From positions 96,001 to 160,000 of IMG/VR virus record IMGVR_UViG_3300042923_000502: a DNA stretch of 64,000 nt. The stretch is one strand, 5' to 3'. The notes beneath the pieces were generated by a model. The model was not told the origin of the DNA and did no database searches. It saw only the letters and a list, made by a program, of their open reading frames with translations. Each line of letters begins with the position of its first letter. Position 1 is the stretch's first letter. A program made the translations under genes and the position numbers. The stretch is from a virus. Below, piece by piece: positions 8,242-17,170 of this stretch.

Positions 8242-9351
8242 ATGAAAATTGTAAAAACGGGTGACATTGTTAGAATATTTTCCGATGACCTTCAAACTTT
8301 TGATAAAATTCCTGTAGGTAATTACAAAGTTGGCTTTGCACCTAATGCAGGGTTTTACTTGGAGGTCATGGACTCCTTTAGCATGAACGAGAAACCTTAT
8401 GGCAAACATCCTCAAAAAATTTCAAAGGTAATGTCCCTTTACGAGAATGTTGATCGAAGCGTAGGAGTAATTTTAAGTGGCAAAAAGGGAATGGGTAAAT
8501 CCATGTTTGCAAGACTTCTTTCGGTTGAATTTAGTCAAAAACATCAGATGCCAACTATTGTTGTTGATGAAGCATACAAAGGAATTTCAGAATTTATCGA
8601 ATCAATCAAGCAAGAGTGCATCATTTTGTTTGATGAATTTGAAAAAGTTTTTGACAATGGTGAGAAGAAGGAGCATCAAGACAAATTATTGAGTTTGTTT
8701 GATGGAATATCACAAACAAAGCGTCTATACGTTGTTACAGTGAATGAAATTAGAAAGGTTAATCAATATATGATTAATCGTCCTGGTCGCTTTCATTATC
8801 ACATTCAATTCAAATATCCGTCACATGAAGAAATTGCATTGTACCTCAAAGATAAATTGAAACCTGAATTTCATAATCAAATTGAACTTGTTCAAAGATT
8901 CTCAAATAGATTTGATCTTAATTACGATTCATTGAGAGCTATTGCATTTGATTTGAATTTAGGTTATGGATTCATTGAAACAATGGAAGATTTGAATGTT
9001 TCTTCAACAGAAAATCAAGCAGTGAAGTATGATGTTGCTATTCATCATAGCAATGGTGCTATTGCAACCACATATGAAAACATCGACCTAATGAGTTCTC
9101 ATGTGTACATTAGTTACAATACAAAGGATTATCAATATGGTAGCGTTTCTTTCTCACCTCTTGAAGTTCAAATTAACAACAAAGATTTATTTATTGTTGA
9201 TCCGAATGTTGTTGATGTAAATGTTAAATATGATAACGATAATGAAACTCTTACTCATGAAAGTGGTGTATTTGTTGAAAAAATTGTATTGACTAAAAAG
9301 CAAGTCAACAACAATATGAAATATGGTAAAGAAATGAGCGACTTGATTTGA
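8242..9351 (+). CDS. AAA+ ATPase
   Basis: Walker A GKKGMGKS, Walker B ILFDEFEK, arginine finger NRPGRF. Confidence 0.85.
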   Translation: MKIVKTGDIVRIFSDDLQTFDKIPVGNYKVGFAPNAGFYLEVMDSFSMNEKPYGKHPQKISKVMSLYENVDRSVGVILSGKKGMGKSMFARLLSVEFSQKHQMPTIVVDEAYKGISEFIESIKQECIILFDEFEKVFDNGEKKEHQDKLLSLFDGISQTKRLYVVTVNEIRKVNQYMINRPGRFHYHIQFKYPSHEEIALYLKDKLKPEFHNQIELVQRFSNRFDLNYDSLRAIAFDLNLGYGFIETMEDLNVSSTENQAVKYDVAIHHSNGAIATTYENIDLMSSHVYISYNTKDYQYGSVSFSPLEVQINNKDLFIVDPNVVDVNVKYDNDNETLTHESGVFVEKIVLTKKQVNNNMKYGKEMSDLI

Positions 9352-9380
9352 TTGACGGAAAGATGTGATAAATGTCACTC

Positions 9381-9409
9381 TTGACAAATGCAAGATAAAA
9401 TGATATAAT
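9381..9409 (+). promoter_or_regulatory. sigmaA promoter of the nrd operon with box
   Basis: TTGACA-aatgcaagataaaatga-TATAAT. Confidence 0.85.
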
Positions 9410-9417
9410 AACAGAAC

Positions 9418-9461
9418 ATTAGAAGGTTGACTCCCTCAAAGAGTTGACCTTCTAATTTTTT
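9418..9461 (+). terminator. promoter-proximal intrinsic terminator
   Basis: 16-bp stem ATTAGAAGGTTGACTC / GAGTTGACCTTCTAAT followed by a T run. Confidence 0.75.
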
Positions 9462-9490
9462 ATCCATACTTACAGGAAAGGTAGAATACA

Positions 9491-9847
9491 ATGTTAATTG
9501 TGTATAATTCACTTACCGGAAATGTACGAAGGTTCGTAAGCAAGTTGGAAATGGATTCATTAGAGATTGAGCCAAACTTAGAAGTACAAGAGAAGTTTGT
9601 ATTGATTACTTTTACGGTGGGATTCGGTAAAGTATCTAATAAGGTTATGGAGTTCTTGAATTACAAAGACAATTACAAGAATATGATTGGTGTATCATCT
9701 AGTGGGAATAGGAATTGGGGCAGCGGATTTTGTAAAGCCGCTGAAATTATATCAAACAAGTATAATGTGCCAATTATATCAAAGTTTGAACTGGCAGGAA
9801 CACAAAATGATGTAGAATATTTTAAGAAAAGGATTGATGAATTGTGA
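9491..9847 (+). CDS. nrdI: class Ib RNR flavodoxin NrdI
   Basis: YNSLTGNVRRFV, SSGNRNWG, KFELAGT. Confidence 0.95.
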   Translation: MLIVYNSLTGNVRRFVSKLEMDSLEIEPNLEVQEKFVLITFTVGFGKVSNKVMEFLNYKDNYKNMIGVSSSGNRNWGSGFCKAAEIISNKYNVPIISKFELAGTQNDVEYFKKRIDEL

Positions 9848-10545
9848 GCAACTATATTGAATTGAACAACGAAGTTTACACAAGAAAAGATGGATTTTTC
9901 CAATTGGATAAAGATATCGAAGCAGTAAGAGCTTTTGAAAAAGAGGTAAAAAAGAAGTCAATGAAATTTGATAGCATTAACGAATATGTGCATTGGATGG
10001 TTGATAATGATTTTTATTACAATGTATATGAGCAATACACAGAAGATCAAGTAATTGAAATTTTTAAATATGCTCATGAATTTGGTTTCCAATTTCAGTC
10101 TTATATGGCGATTTCTAAATTTTACAAGGACTATGCTACAAAGACGAATGACAAGAAAAAGTATTTGGAACACTATGAGGATAGATGTTCAATTGTTGCT
10201 TTGTATCTTGCAAGAGGTAACTTTGAAAAGGCAAAGAAGCTTATTGTAGAGCTTATGGAACAAACATATCAACCAGCAACACCTACATTCCTCAATGCAG
10301 GAAAGAGTCGTAGAGGTGAAATGGTTTCGTGCTTCTTGCTTGAGATGGGTGATAGTCTTAATTCTATTGGAAATGTAATCAATACCTCTATGCATTTAAG
10401 TAAGTCAGGTGGTGGTGTAGCAATCAACTTATCTAAGCTACGCTCACGTGGAGAGTCAATCAAAGGTGTAGAAGGTGCTGCTAAAGGTGTAATGCCAGTT
10501 TTGAAGTTGCTTGAAGATGGATTTAATTATGCAGATCAAATGGGT
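9844..10545 (+). CDS. nrdE: class Ib ribonucleotide reductase alpha subunit, exon 1
   Basis: QPATPTFLNAG, MVSCFLL, GGGVAINLS; ends YADQMG at the 5' splice site. Confidence 0.95.
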
Positions 10546-11401
10546 TAATTCTTAGCCCCTTGCATTAGCAATATTGCAAGCAAACCTCCTTAATTCATGG
10601 GAAGTCCTTATGGGATAATCATGAGCGAAGTTCTTTGATTGTTGTCACCTTTTTTTATTATTTATAACGAAAAGGTGGTAGATAAAATGTCATTATTAGA
10701 AGAAAAAATAGTAGAATTGCATGGTGAACTAGAAGGTTATAAAATTACATCTTTTGGAAGAGTTATAGGTAAAAGATTAAATAAACCTTTATGTGTAACT
10801 TATGACAATAATGGATATGCAAGAGTTAAGATGTCAGTAAATGGAACAATGAAAACCATTAGAATACACAGGCTAGTGGCTGAAAACTTTATTCCTAATC
10901 CACATAATTATCCAATAGTTAATCACATTGATGGAAATACTTCAAACCCTCATGTTGAAAACTTAGAATGGACAACAGTAAAAGGGAATGCTGAACATGC
11001 CGTTAAAATGGGACTACTTGATACCAAAGGCGAAAAACATCATAACGCTACTATAAACGAAGATCAGGCGAGGGAAATTATATTTCTAATTAAAAATGGA
11101 GATAGAACCTCAGATATAGTTAAAAAACTTCCGTTTGCAACTAAAAGTATAGTTGAAAAAATTAAAAGCAAACAAAGATGGAAGCATTTGACTTAGTGAC
11201 AACAATTAAAGAAAACGTGCAACGACTATCGAAACCACATCTTTTTGATGGAAGGGAGTAGAGTACACTACAAGCTATTGGTAGTGGAAAAGGGAGGAAT
11301 CCTTAAAGTAAGGATTATGATATAGTCTACTCTATATGGTAACATATAGCAGTCTCAAAGGAGACGACTGAAATTGTAGCGGATTTCAGTGAATGTAAAG
11401 G
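10546..11401 (+). mobile_element. self-splicing group I intron (856 nt) in nrdE
   Basis: Exon ends in U with P1 GGGU|UAAUUCUUAGCCC (U.G pair); P3 CCTCCT(10585)/AGGGAGG(11291); P7 GACTA(11224)/TAGTC(11323); terminal G11401; splicing restores DQMG-QRKGAGAAY. Confidence 0.92.
10687..11196 (+). CDS. intron-encoded HNH homing endonuclease (I-HmuI-like)
   Basis: IHRLVAENFIPN, VNHIDGNTSNPHVENLEW; ATG 10687 follows AAGGTGG. Confidence 0.9.
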   Translation: MSLLEEKIVELHGELEGYKITSFGRVIGKRLNKPLCVTYDNNGYARVKMSVNGTMKTIRIHRLVAENFIPNPHNYPIVNHIDGNTSNPHVENLEWTTVKGNAEHAVKMGLLDTKGEKHHNATINEDQAREIIFLIKNGDRTSDIVKKLPFATKSIVEKIKSKQRWKHLT

Positions 11402-12778
11402 CAAAGAAAAGGAGCAGGTGCAGCATACTACAATATATTTGGATGGGATGTAATTGAATTCCTTGACACTAAAAAAATTAATGCTGATGAAAAATCACGT
11501 ATTCAATCATTGTCAATTGGTTTGATAGTTCCTAATAAGTTCTTTGAATTGGCAAAAGAAAACAAGGACTTCCATATGTTTGCACCTTATTCTGTGTTCA
11601 AGCAATACGGTATTCAACTTGATGACATGGATATTGACAAGATGTATGATGAACTTGTTGCAAATAAAAAGATTAAGAGCAAAAAAATGAATGCACGTGA
11701 CATGTTATCTAAAATTGCAGCAACACAAATGGAATCTGGATATCCTTACCTAATGTTTAAAACAAATGCTAATAAACTACATGCACTTAAAAATATTGGA
11801 GACATCAAACAATCTAATTTGTGTACTGAAATTTTTCAACTTGCAGAAGAATCAATTATCAATGACTATGGCGTAGGAGATGTGATTAAAAGAGACATCA
11901 ACTGTAATCTTGGATCATTGAATATCTACAATGTAATGAGAAAGAAGAATTTCAAAGACATTATTCATGTTGCAATGGATGCGCTAACCGCTGTTAGTGA
12001 TATGACAAGCATTATCAATGCACCAACAGTTAAGAAAGCAAACGAAGAACTTCACGCAGTTGGCTTGGGCGCTATGAACCTTCATGGATATCTTACTAAG
12101 AATAAAATTGCGTATGAAAGCAAAGAAGCTTTAGATTTTGCAAATACATTCTTCATGATGGTTAACTACTACTCAATTCAAGCAAGCGTAGAGATTGCAA
12201 AAGAAAAAGGAACCTTCAAGGACTTTGACAAATCTGAATATGCTAATGGAAATTACTTTGACAATTATGTTTCAAAGAGCTATGAACCTACTCTAGATAA
12301 GGTTAAAAAGCTATTTGAGGGCATTGACGTTCCTACCATTGAAGATTGGAAACAACTTAAAAATGATGTGCAAAAATATGGAATGTATCATGCATATAGA
12401 CTTGCAATTGCTCCAACTCAATCAATTAGCTATGTACAAAACGCTACAAGCTCTGTAATGCCCATCGTAGATGCAATTGAGATTAGAACTTATGCTAACT
12501 CAACAACATACTATCCAATGCCTTTCCTTGCACCAGACAATATGTTCTACTATAAGAGTGCATACAACATTAATCAATTTAAATTGATTGATATGATTGC
12601 CACAATTCAACCACATATCGACCAAGGAATTAGCACAATTCTATTCATTGATAGCAATACGTCAACAAGAGAGCTTGGAAGATATTATGTGTACGCTGCA
12701 TACAAAGGATTGAAGAGTTTGTATTACACAAGAACAAAGAAGCTTGATATTAGCGAATGCACCAGTTGCAGCGTGTAA
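11402..12778 (+). CDS. nrdE: class Ib ribonucleotide reductase alpha subunit, exon 2 (spliced product 692 aa)
   Basis: QRKGAGAAY..., ESGYPY, SNLCTEI, AIAPTQSISY, DQGIS, KSLYY, C-terminal CTSC. Confidence 0.95.
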   Translation, partial: QRKGAGAAYYNIFGWDVIEFLDTKKINADEKSRIQSLSIGLIVPNKFFELAKENKDFHMFAPYSVFKQYGIQLDDMDIDKMYDELVANKKIKSKKMNARDMLSKIAATQMESGYPYLMFKTNANKLHALKNIGDIKQSNLCTEIFQLAEESIINDYGVGDVIKRDINCNLGSLNIYNVMRKKNFKDIIHVAMDALTAVSDMTSIINAPTVKKANEELHAVGLGAMNLHGYLTKNKIAYESKEALDFANTFFMMVNYYSIQASVEIAKEKGTFKDFDKSEYANGNYFDNYVSKSYEPTLDKVKKLFEGIDVPTIEDWKQLKNDVQKYGMYHAYRLAIAPTQSISYVQNATSSVMPIVDAIEIRTYANSTTYYPMPFLAPDNMFYYKSAYNINQFKLIDMIATIQPHIDQGISTILFIDSNTSTRELGRYYVYAAYKGLKSLYYTRTKKLDISECTSCSV

Positions 12779-12787
12779 GAAAAACAA

Positions 12788-12823
12788 AGCACAAGAGGAA
12801 GCAGATATACTTCCTCTTGTGCT
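12788..12823 (+). terminator. 14-bp hairpin between nrdE and the endonuclease gene
   Basis: AGCACAAGAGGAAG / CTTCCTCTTGTGCT; no U tract. Confidence 0.5.
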
Positions 12824-12844
12824 AGAATGAAAGGAGAGATTTTA

Positions 12845-13564
12845 ATGTATAATTGTTATGAAGGAAAAGTAATGGAAAACAATAAAGGACAAAAATTTAT
12901 TGTAAAGGGAGTTAATCATGTTAGAGGTAAATGTAATTTCTTTTATGATATTGAATTTGTAGAAACAAAATATACATGCGTAGCGGCTAGAGCGTCAATC
13001 AATGCAGGAACAATAAAAGACAGATATGAGCCTAGCGTATATGGGATTGGTTATTTCGGAGACATTAAAAATGCAAACACTCCAGAATTAAAAAAGATAA
13101 GAAGCATTTGGAGAGGTATTATCGGAAGATGTTACAATAAAACAGATAAAAGTTACAATAGTTATGGAGCATTGGGAGTAAAAGTTTGCGAAAGATGGCA
13201 TTGTTTAGAATTTTTCTCAAAAGACATTGTTAAAATTGACGGTTATGACAGAGAGTTATTCTATTCTAATAAGTTACAGTTGGACAAAGACATAAAACAA
13301 AAAGAATGTGTAAATAAGGTTTATTCACTTGAAACATGCACATTTGTAACCCCACACGATAATGTCCTAGCTATTGATAGAGAGTCCTCTAAATTTATTA
13401 TTGCAAAAAATGAGACAGGAAATGTTTACGAAATAGGGAATCTTTCTAAGTTTATTAAAGAAAACGGATTGCATATGAGTGCCGTTTATAAGGTTCTAAA
13501 TAAAGATCAAAAAAATCATAAGGGATGGACTTTCGAGTATATTAATAAGGAGAATGACAAATGA
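12845..13564 (+). CDS. free-standing putative homing endonuclease (HNH-like with C-terminal NUMOD1-like HTH)
   Basis: WRGIIGRCY, VCERW, LDKDI, YSLETCTFV; C-terminal HKGWTF; AAGGAG RBS favours ATG 12845. Confidence 0.75.
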   Translation: MYNCYEGKVMENNKGQKFIVKGVNHVRGKCNFFYDIEFVETKYTCVAARASINAGTIKDRYEPSVYGIGYFGDIKNANTPELKKIRSIWRGIIGRCYNKTDKSYNSYGALGVKVCERWHCLEFFSKDIVKIDGYDRELFYSNKLQLDKDIKQKECVNKVYSLETCTFVTPHDNVLAIDRESSKFIIAKNETGNVYEIGNLSKFIKENGLHMSAVYKVLNKDQKNHKGWTFEYINKENDK

Positions 13565-14529
13565 CAAATAAAATACACAAAGCAGTTAACTGGAACGAAC
13601 CAAATGAAACGACTTTAATGTTTTGGCAAATGAATATACAGCAATTCTGGGTTGACACTGAAATTCCACTTTCAAGTGACAAAATGATTTGGGCAGAAAT
13701 GTCCCCATCTCAGCAGGAAACCTACAAGCGTGTTCTTGGAGGTTTGACATTGCTTGACACAGTACAAAGTACAATTGGTATGCCCAAGATAGCTGAAAAA
13801 GTTGATGGTTTACATGAAAAAGCGGTACTTAGTTTTATGGGTATGGCAGAAGCAATTCACGCAAAATCATACTCTTCTATCTTCTCCACAGTTGCTTCAA
13901 AAGAAGAAATTGACGAAATTTTTTCATGGGTTGAAGAGAACAAATATTTACAGTATAAAGCCAAAGTTGTCGACAGTTATTATAAGGATATCGAAACAAA
14001 CAAAGATTTGTATATGGCTATGGTAGCAAGCGTATTCCTTGAGACTTTCATGTTTTATAGTGGATTTTTCTATCCTTTGTATTTATCAGGACAAGGCAAA
14101 ATGACCGCTAGTGGAGAAATAATTAACTTGATTATTCGTGACGAAAGTATTCATGGAGTATTTGTTGGATTGTTGGCACAAGAACTATACAAAGATTTGA
14201 GTGCAAATGAGAAAAAGCAAGTTAACAAAGAAATTGAAGAGTTGCTTGAAGATTTGTATAAAAACGAATTACTTTATACGGAAGAAGTTTATCATGTAAT
14301 TGGTCTAGAAGACGAAGTTAAAAAGTTTCTTCGCTACAATGCTAATAAAGCTATGATGAATCTTGGTAAAGAACCATTCTTCCCTGACGAAGAAATTAAT
14401 CCAATTGTATTGAATGGTATGAAGACCGATACTAAAACGCATGATTTTTTTAGTCTTAAAGGCAGTTCGTATGTTAAAGCTACGAACGTTGAGAAGATGA
14501 CCGATGAAGATTTTGAATTTGATATTTAA
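13561..14529 (+). CDS. nrdF: class Ib ribonucleotide reductase beta subunit
   Basis: LTLLD, EAIHAKSY, LETFMFYSGF, RDESIH (full metal-ligand set), HDFFS. Confidence 0.95.
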   Translation: MTNKIHKAVNWNEPNETTLMFWQMNIQQFWVDTEIPLSSDKMIWAEMSPSQQETYKRVLGGLTLLDTVQSTIGMPKIAEKVDGLHEKAVLSFMGMAEAIHAKSYSSIFSTVASKEEIDEIFSWVEENKYLQYKAKVVDSYYKDIETNKDLYMAMVASVFLETFMFYSGFFYPLYLSGQGKMTASGEIINLIIRDESIHGVFVGLLAQELYKDLSANEKKQVNKEIEELLEDLYKNELLYTEEVYHVIGLEDEVKKFLRYNANKAMMNLGKEPFFPDEEINPIVLNGMKTDTKTHDFFSLKGSSYVKATNVEKMTDEDFEFDI

Positions 14530-14546
14530 ATAAATCTGCAAAACGC

Positions 14547-14575
14547 TTGACAAGTGGCAGATAAAATGATATAAT
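14547..14575 (+). promoter_or_regulatory. sigmaA promoter with box
   Basis: TTGACA-agtggcagataaaatga-TATAAT. Confidence 0.85.
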
Positions 14576-14593
14576 AGACAATGTAAGCAAGAG

Positions 14594-14711
14594 AGAAACG
14601 AACATCAACTTGGTAATCGTGAAATTGTTAAAGGCGGCACATAGCGGTGTGGCATATTTTCTAGTACGATTAATTGAAGGTTCGCAACCACAACAAGTTA
14701 ATGTTTATTCT
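14594..14711 (+). ncRNA. candidate structured RNA (three-way junction) in the dut leader
   Basis: Closing stem 14601-14612/14694-14705; stem TAATCGT/ACGATTA; hairpin GGTTcgcAACC; folded by eye only. Confidence 0.45.
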
Positions 14712-14745
14712 AATAAATCAAACTAATAATTGGAGGAAATGAGAC

Positions 14746-15438
14746 ATGGCTAAACGGTACTACAAAGTAAACGAAAGAGTTTGGATCAAAGCATTGAAGA
14801 AAACAGGAAGAGTGGTATCACTCGATATTCCAAACTTGAGCGCAGCTATTTCATTCTATGAAGATGGAGACTTGAAGACACGCAACATGAAATTCATGGA
14901 GATTGATAAGTATAAAGATGAAAAAACAAAAGTTTCTAAGAAAGTTGCCAAAGAGATTGGCAAGTCTTGGAAGAGTGTTAGAAGAGAGCCTTCCGAAGAT
15001 ACAAAGAAGCAAACAATTCTTGTGAAGTATTTTAATAAAAATCTTTTTCCGATTGAAAAAATTGAAAAAGGCGATTGGATTGACTTGCGTTCAGCACAAA
15101 ATATTTCCTATAAAGCAGGAGACTTCATTAAACTTCCTTTGGGAGTTGCCATGTCACTTCCATTTGGATATGAAGCGCATATTGCTCCGCGTGGTAGTAT
15201 GTTCAAAAACTTTGGAGTGATTCAAGTAAATTCACCAGGAGTTGTTGACGAATCGTATCGTGGCAATGATGACCAATGGTTTATTCCGTTGTATGCATTG
15301 CGTGATGGTCATATTACATTCAATGATCGTATTTGTCAATTCCGCATTGTCAAGAAGATGGAAGAAGTGAATATTGTTACGGTTGAAGAGTTAAAAGCTC
15401 CTAATCGTGGTGGTCATGGTAGTACAGGTGTAAATTAA
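14746..15438 (+). CDS. dut: trimeric dUTPase with ~85-aa N-terminal extension
   Basis: GDWIDL, PRGS, GVVDESYRG, DRICQ, RGGHGSTG. Confidence 0.9.
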   Translation: MAKRYYKVNERVWIKALKKTGRVVSLDIPNLSAAISFYEDGDLKTRNMKFMEIDKYKDEKTKVSKKVAKEIGKSWKSVRREPSEDTKKQTILVKYFNKNLFPIEKIEKGDWIDLRSAQNISYKAGDFIKLPLGVAMSLPFGYEAHIAPRGSMFKNFGVIQVNSPGVVDESYRGNDDQWFIPLYALRDGHITFNDRICQFRIVKKMEEVNIVTVEELKAPNRGGHGSTGVN

Positions 15439-15439
15439 G

Positions 15440-15497
15440 ATAAATGTAAGATAAAATGAAAGGGTAAGGATAATGTAAAAAGTTATTTCTTACCCTT
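15440..15497 (+). promoter_or_regulatory. stand-alone box followed by a hairpin
   Basis: ATAAATGTAAGATAAAA (15440-15456); stem AAGGGTAAG / CTTACCCTT (15460-15497). Confidence 0.65.
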
Positions 15498-15516
15498 AAC
15501 TTTTAAGGAGGATTAT

Positions 15517-15804
15517 ATGTCAACAATTAAATTAACGGAAAAACAAATGGAGTACATCTATGAAGACCTTGAACTTGATGAATTTGACTATGAGCAAGTA
15601 GAAGTATCCGATTGGACAGACGAAGGAAAGATTGATAGTTGTGATGTAATTTTTAATAAAGATGGAAAGCACTATAGATTTACAATGTTTAGACATGGAG
15701 ACTATTGGAGTGGATACGAATATGAATTCTACGACAATGAAGCAATCGAAGTTGAAGAAGTAGAGGTCACAATAAAAGAATGGAGAAATGTAAAAAATGG
15801 CTAA
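15517..15804 (+). CDS. hypothetical acidic protein
   Basis: ORF with AAGGAGG RBS. Confidence 0.75.
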   Translation: MSTIKLTEKQMEYIYEDLELDEFDYEQVEVSDWTDEGKIDSCDVIFNKDGKHYRFTMFRHGDYWSGYEYEFYDNEAIEVEEVEVTIKEWRNVKNG

Positions 15805-16462
15805 TTACACGTATGGAAATGTATCGACAGGAACTTTGTTGCACTTTATCAAAACTTCACCTAACAACATTACATTAAAGGTTGTTAATAAAAATGTTGC
15901 AAGCACTAGCGAATATGGGTGTAATGGAGCATTCTTTTATGGATCAGATCAAATTTCACTTGCAGTAAACAATGATGTGCCAGTTCAAGGCGTAGTTGGT
16001 GGCTATGGAAGTGGTTGGTTTAATGAAAAATACAAAAGAGGTGCATTAGTTTGGGATAAGGCGGCTGGAAAATATAGTGTTCAAGTTGTGTCAGCAGCTA
16101 GTGAAATTGAAGTTGCTGATAGATCGCAATATTGGGCGCAGGGTGGAATTAGCATGAGCCTTCAAGATGACGCTAATTGGAAAGCAATTGCAACACAACA
16201 AAATATGCCTAACATTGACGGAAAAACTACTAGAACCGCATTGGTATGGAACACAGGATTTAACTTGTGGCTTATTGTAACGGAAACACTTTGTACCGCA
16301 GAACAGTTTAGACTTGCAATCAAAAAGAACATTGGAAGTGGGACGCTTGTTGATGGAATCTTTTTAGATGGTGGTGGATCAAGTCAAATGAGATGTGCTG
16401 AAAAGAGCATTGACGGTGATGGAAGACGAGTTGTACAAATGGTAGCTTTGACTAATAAGTAA
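15797..16462 (+). CDS. phosphodiester glycosidase (NAGPA/DUF2233) family protein
   Basis: CNGAFF, TRTAL, FLDGGGSSQM. Confidence 0.75.
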   Translation: MANYTYGNVSTGTLLHFIKTSPNNITLKVVNKNVASTSEYGCNGAFFYGSDQISLAVNNDVPVQGVVGGYGSGWFNEKYKRGALVWDKAAGKYSVQVVSAASEIEVADRSQYWAQGGISMSLQDDANWKAIATQQNMPNIDGKTTRTALVWNTGFNLWLIVTETLCTAEQFRLAIKKNIGSGTLVDGIFLDGGGSSQMRCAEKSIDGDGRRVVQMVALTNK

Positions 16463-16478
16463 TGGAGGAATATTAACA

Positions 16479-16790
16479 ATGGATCAATATTCACTTATAG
16501 AAAATGCCTTAATTAACGAATTAAATAAAAGATTAGACCAAGTAATAAGCGGAGAAAAGGACGTAGTTCAAATCAAATTCTTATACGCTAGTGATGTAGA
16601 AAGTGTGCTTACCAAAGAATACGGAGCGAATGTAGACACAAGCGAAATGGATACTAATGGATGGCAATACGACTATTGGATTCCAGTATATATCAATGAT
16701 AAGAAATATGTACTATCAGGATCAGGTTATTATGGAAACATTGAATTCTATAGGGAGGACGAAGAGGAATGGCAATGGAACAATATCTAA
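16479..16790 (+). CDS. hypothetical acidic protein
   Basis: ORF with GGAGG RBS. Confidence 0.75.
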   Translation: MDQYSLIENALINELNKRLDQVISGEKDVVQIKFLYASDVESVLTKEYGANVDTSEMDTNGWQYDYWIPVYINDKKYVLSGSGYYGNIEFYREDEEEWQWNNI

Positions 16791-17170
16791 TTGACGAATA
16801 CGATGTGTGGGAAGATGAAAATTGGTTAACATGTGAAGGTGATATTGAAGAGTATTTTAAAGATTGTGATTATCATGAACTACTTCCTTGTGGTCAAGGA
16901 TATGCCACAGAAGAAGCAAGTTTAATTTGTAAAATTGATGACAAATTCTATCATGTAGATATTTATGCCAGTACATGTAGTGCAAAGCAGGATTATGGTG
17001 ATAGATTGTTTTGGATCGAAAGCATTGATCGTGTTGAGTGGCATGAGATTCCAAAGCCAAAAGAGAAAGAGAAAACGGCAATAGAATATATTGTTACACT
17101 CAACAATGACCAAAGACACGCATTAGAAGCATTTATGAATAAAAATAAAATTAATTGGAGGATTTTATAA
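16769..17170 (+). CDS. hypothetical acidic protein
   Basis: ORF overlapping both neighbours. Confidence 0.7.
   Translation: MAMEQYLIDEYDVWEDENWLTCEGDIEEYFKDCDYHELLPCGQGYATEEASLICKIDDKFYHVDIYASTCSAKQDYGDRLFWIESIDRVEWHEIPKPKEKEKTAIEYIVTLNNDQRHALEAFMNKNKINWRIL

Noticed and set aside
11800-11840. Intein at the NrdE active-site cysteine, or in DnaE
   Set aside because: SNLCTEI is contiguous, lengths are normal and no intein terminal motifs were seen
11510-12778. Separate 422-aa gene, or nrdE as a pseudogene
   Set aside because: It is exon 2 of intron-split nrdE; the true exon begins at 11402
14674-14693. tRNA gene suggested by GGTTCG
   Set aside because: No acceptor stem, D arm or anticodon arm in cloverleaf spacing; kept only as part of the candidate ncRNA
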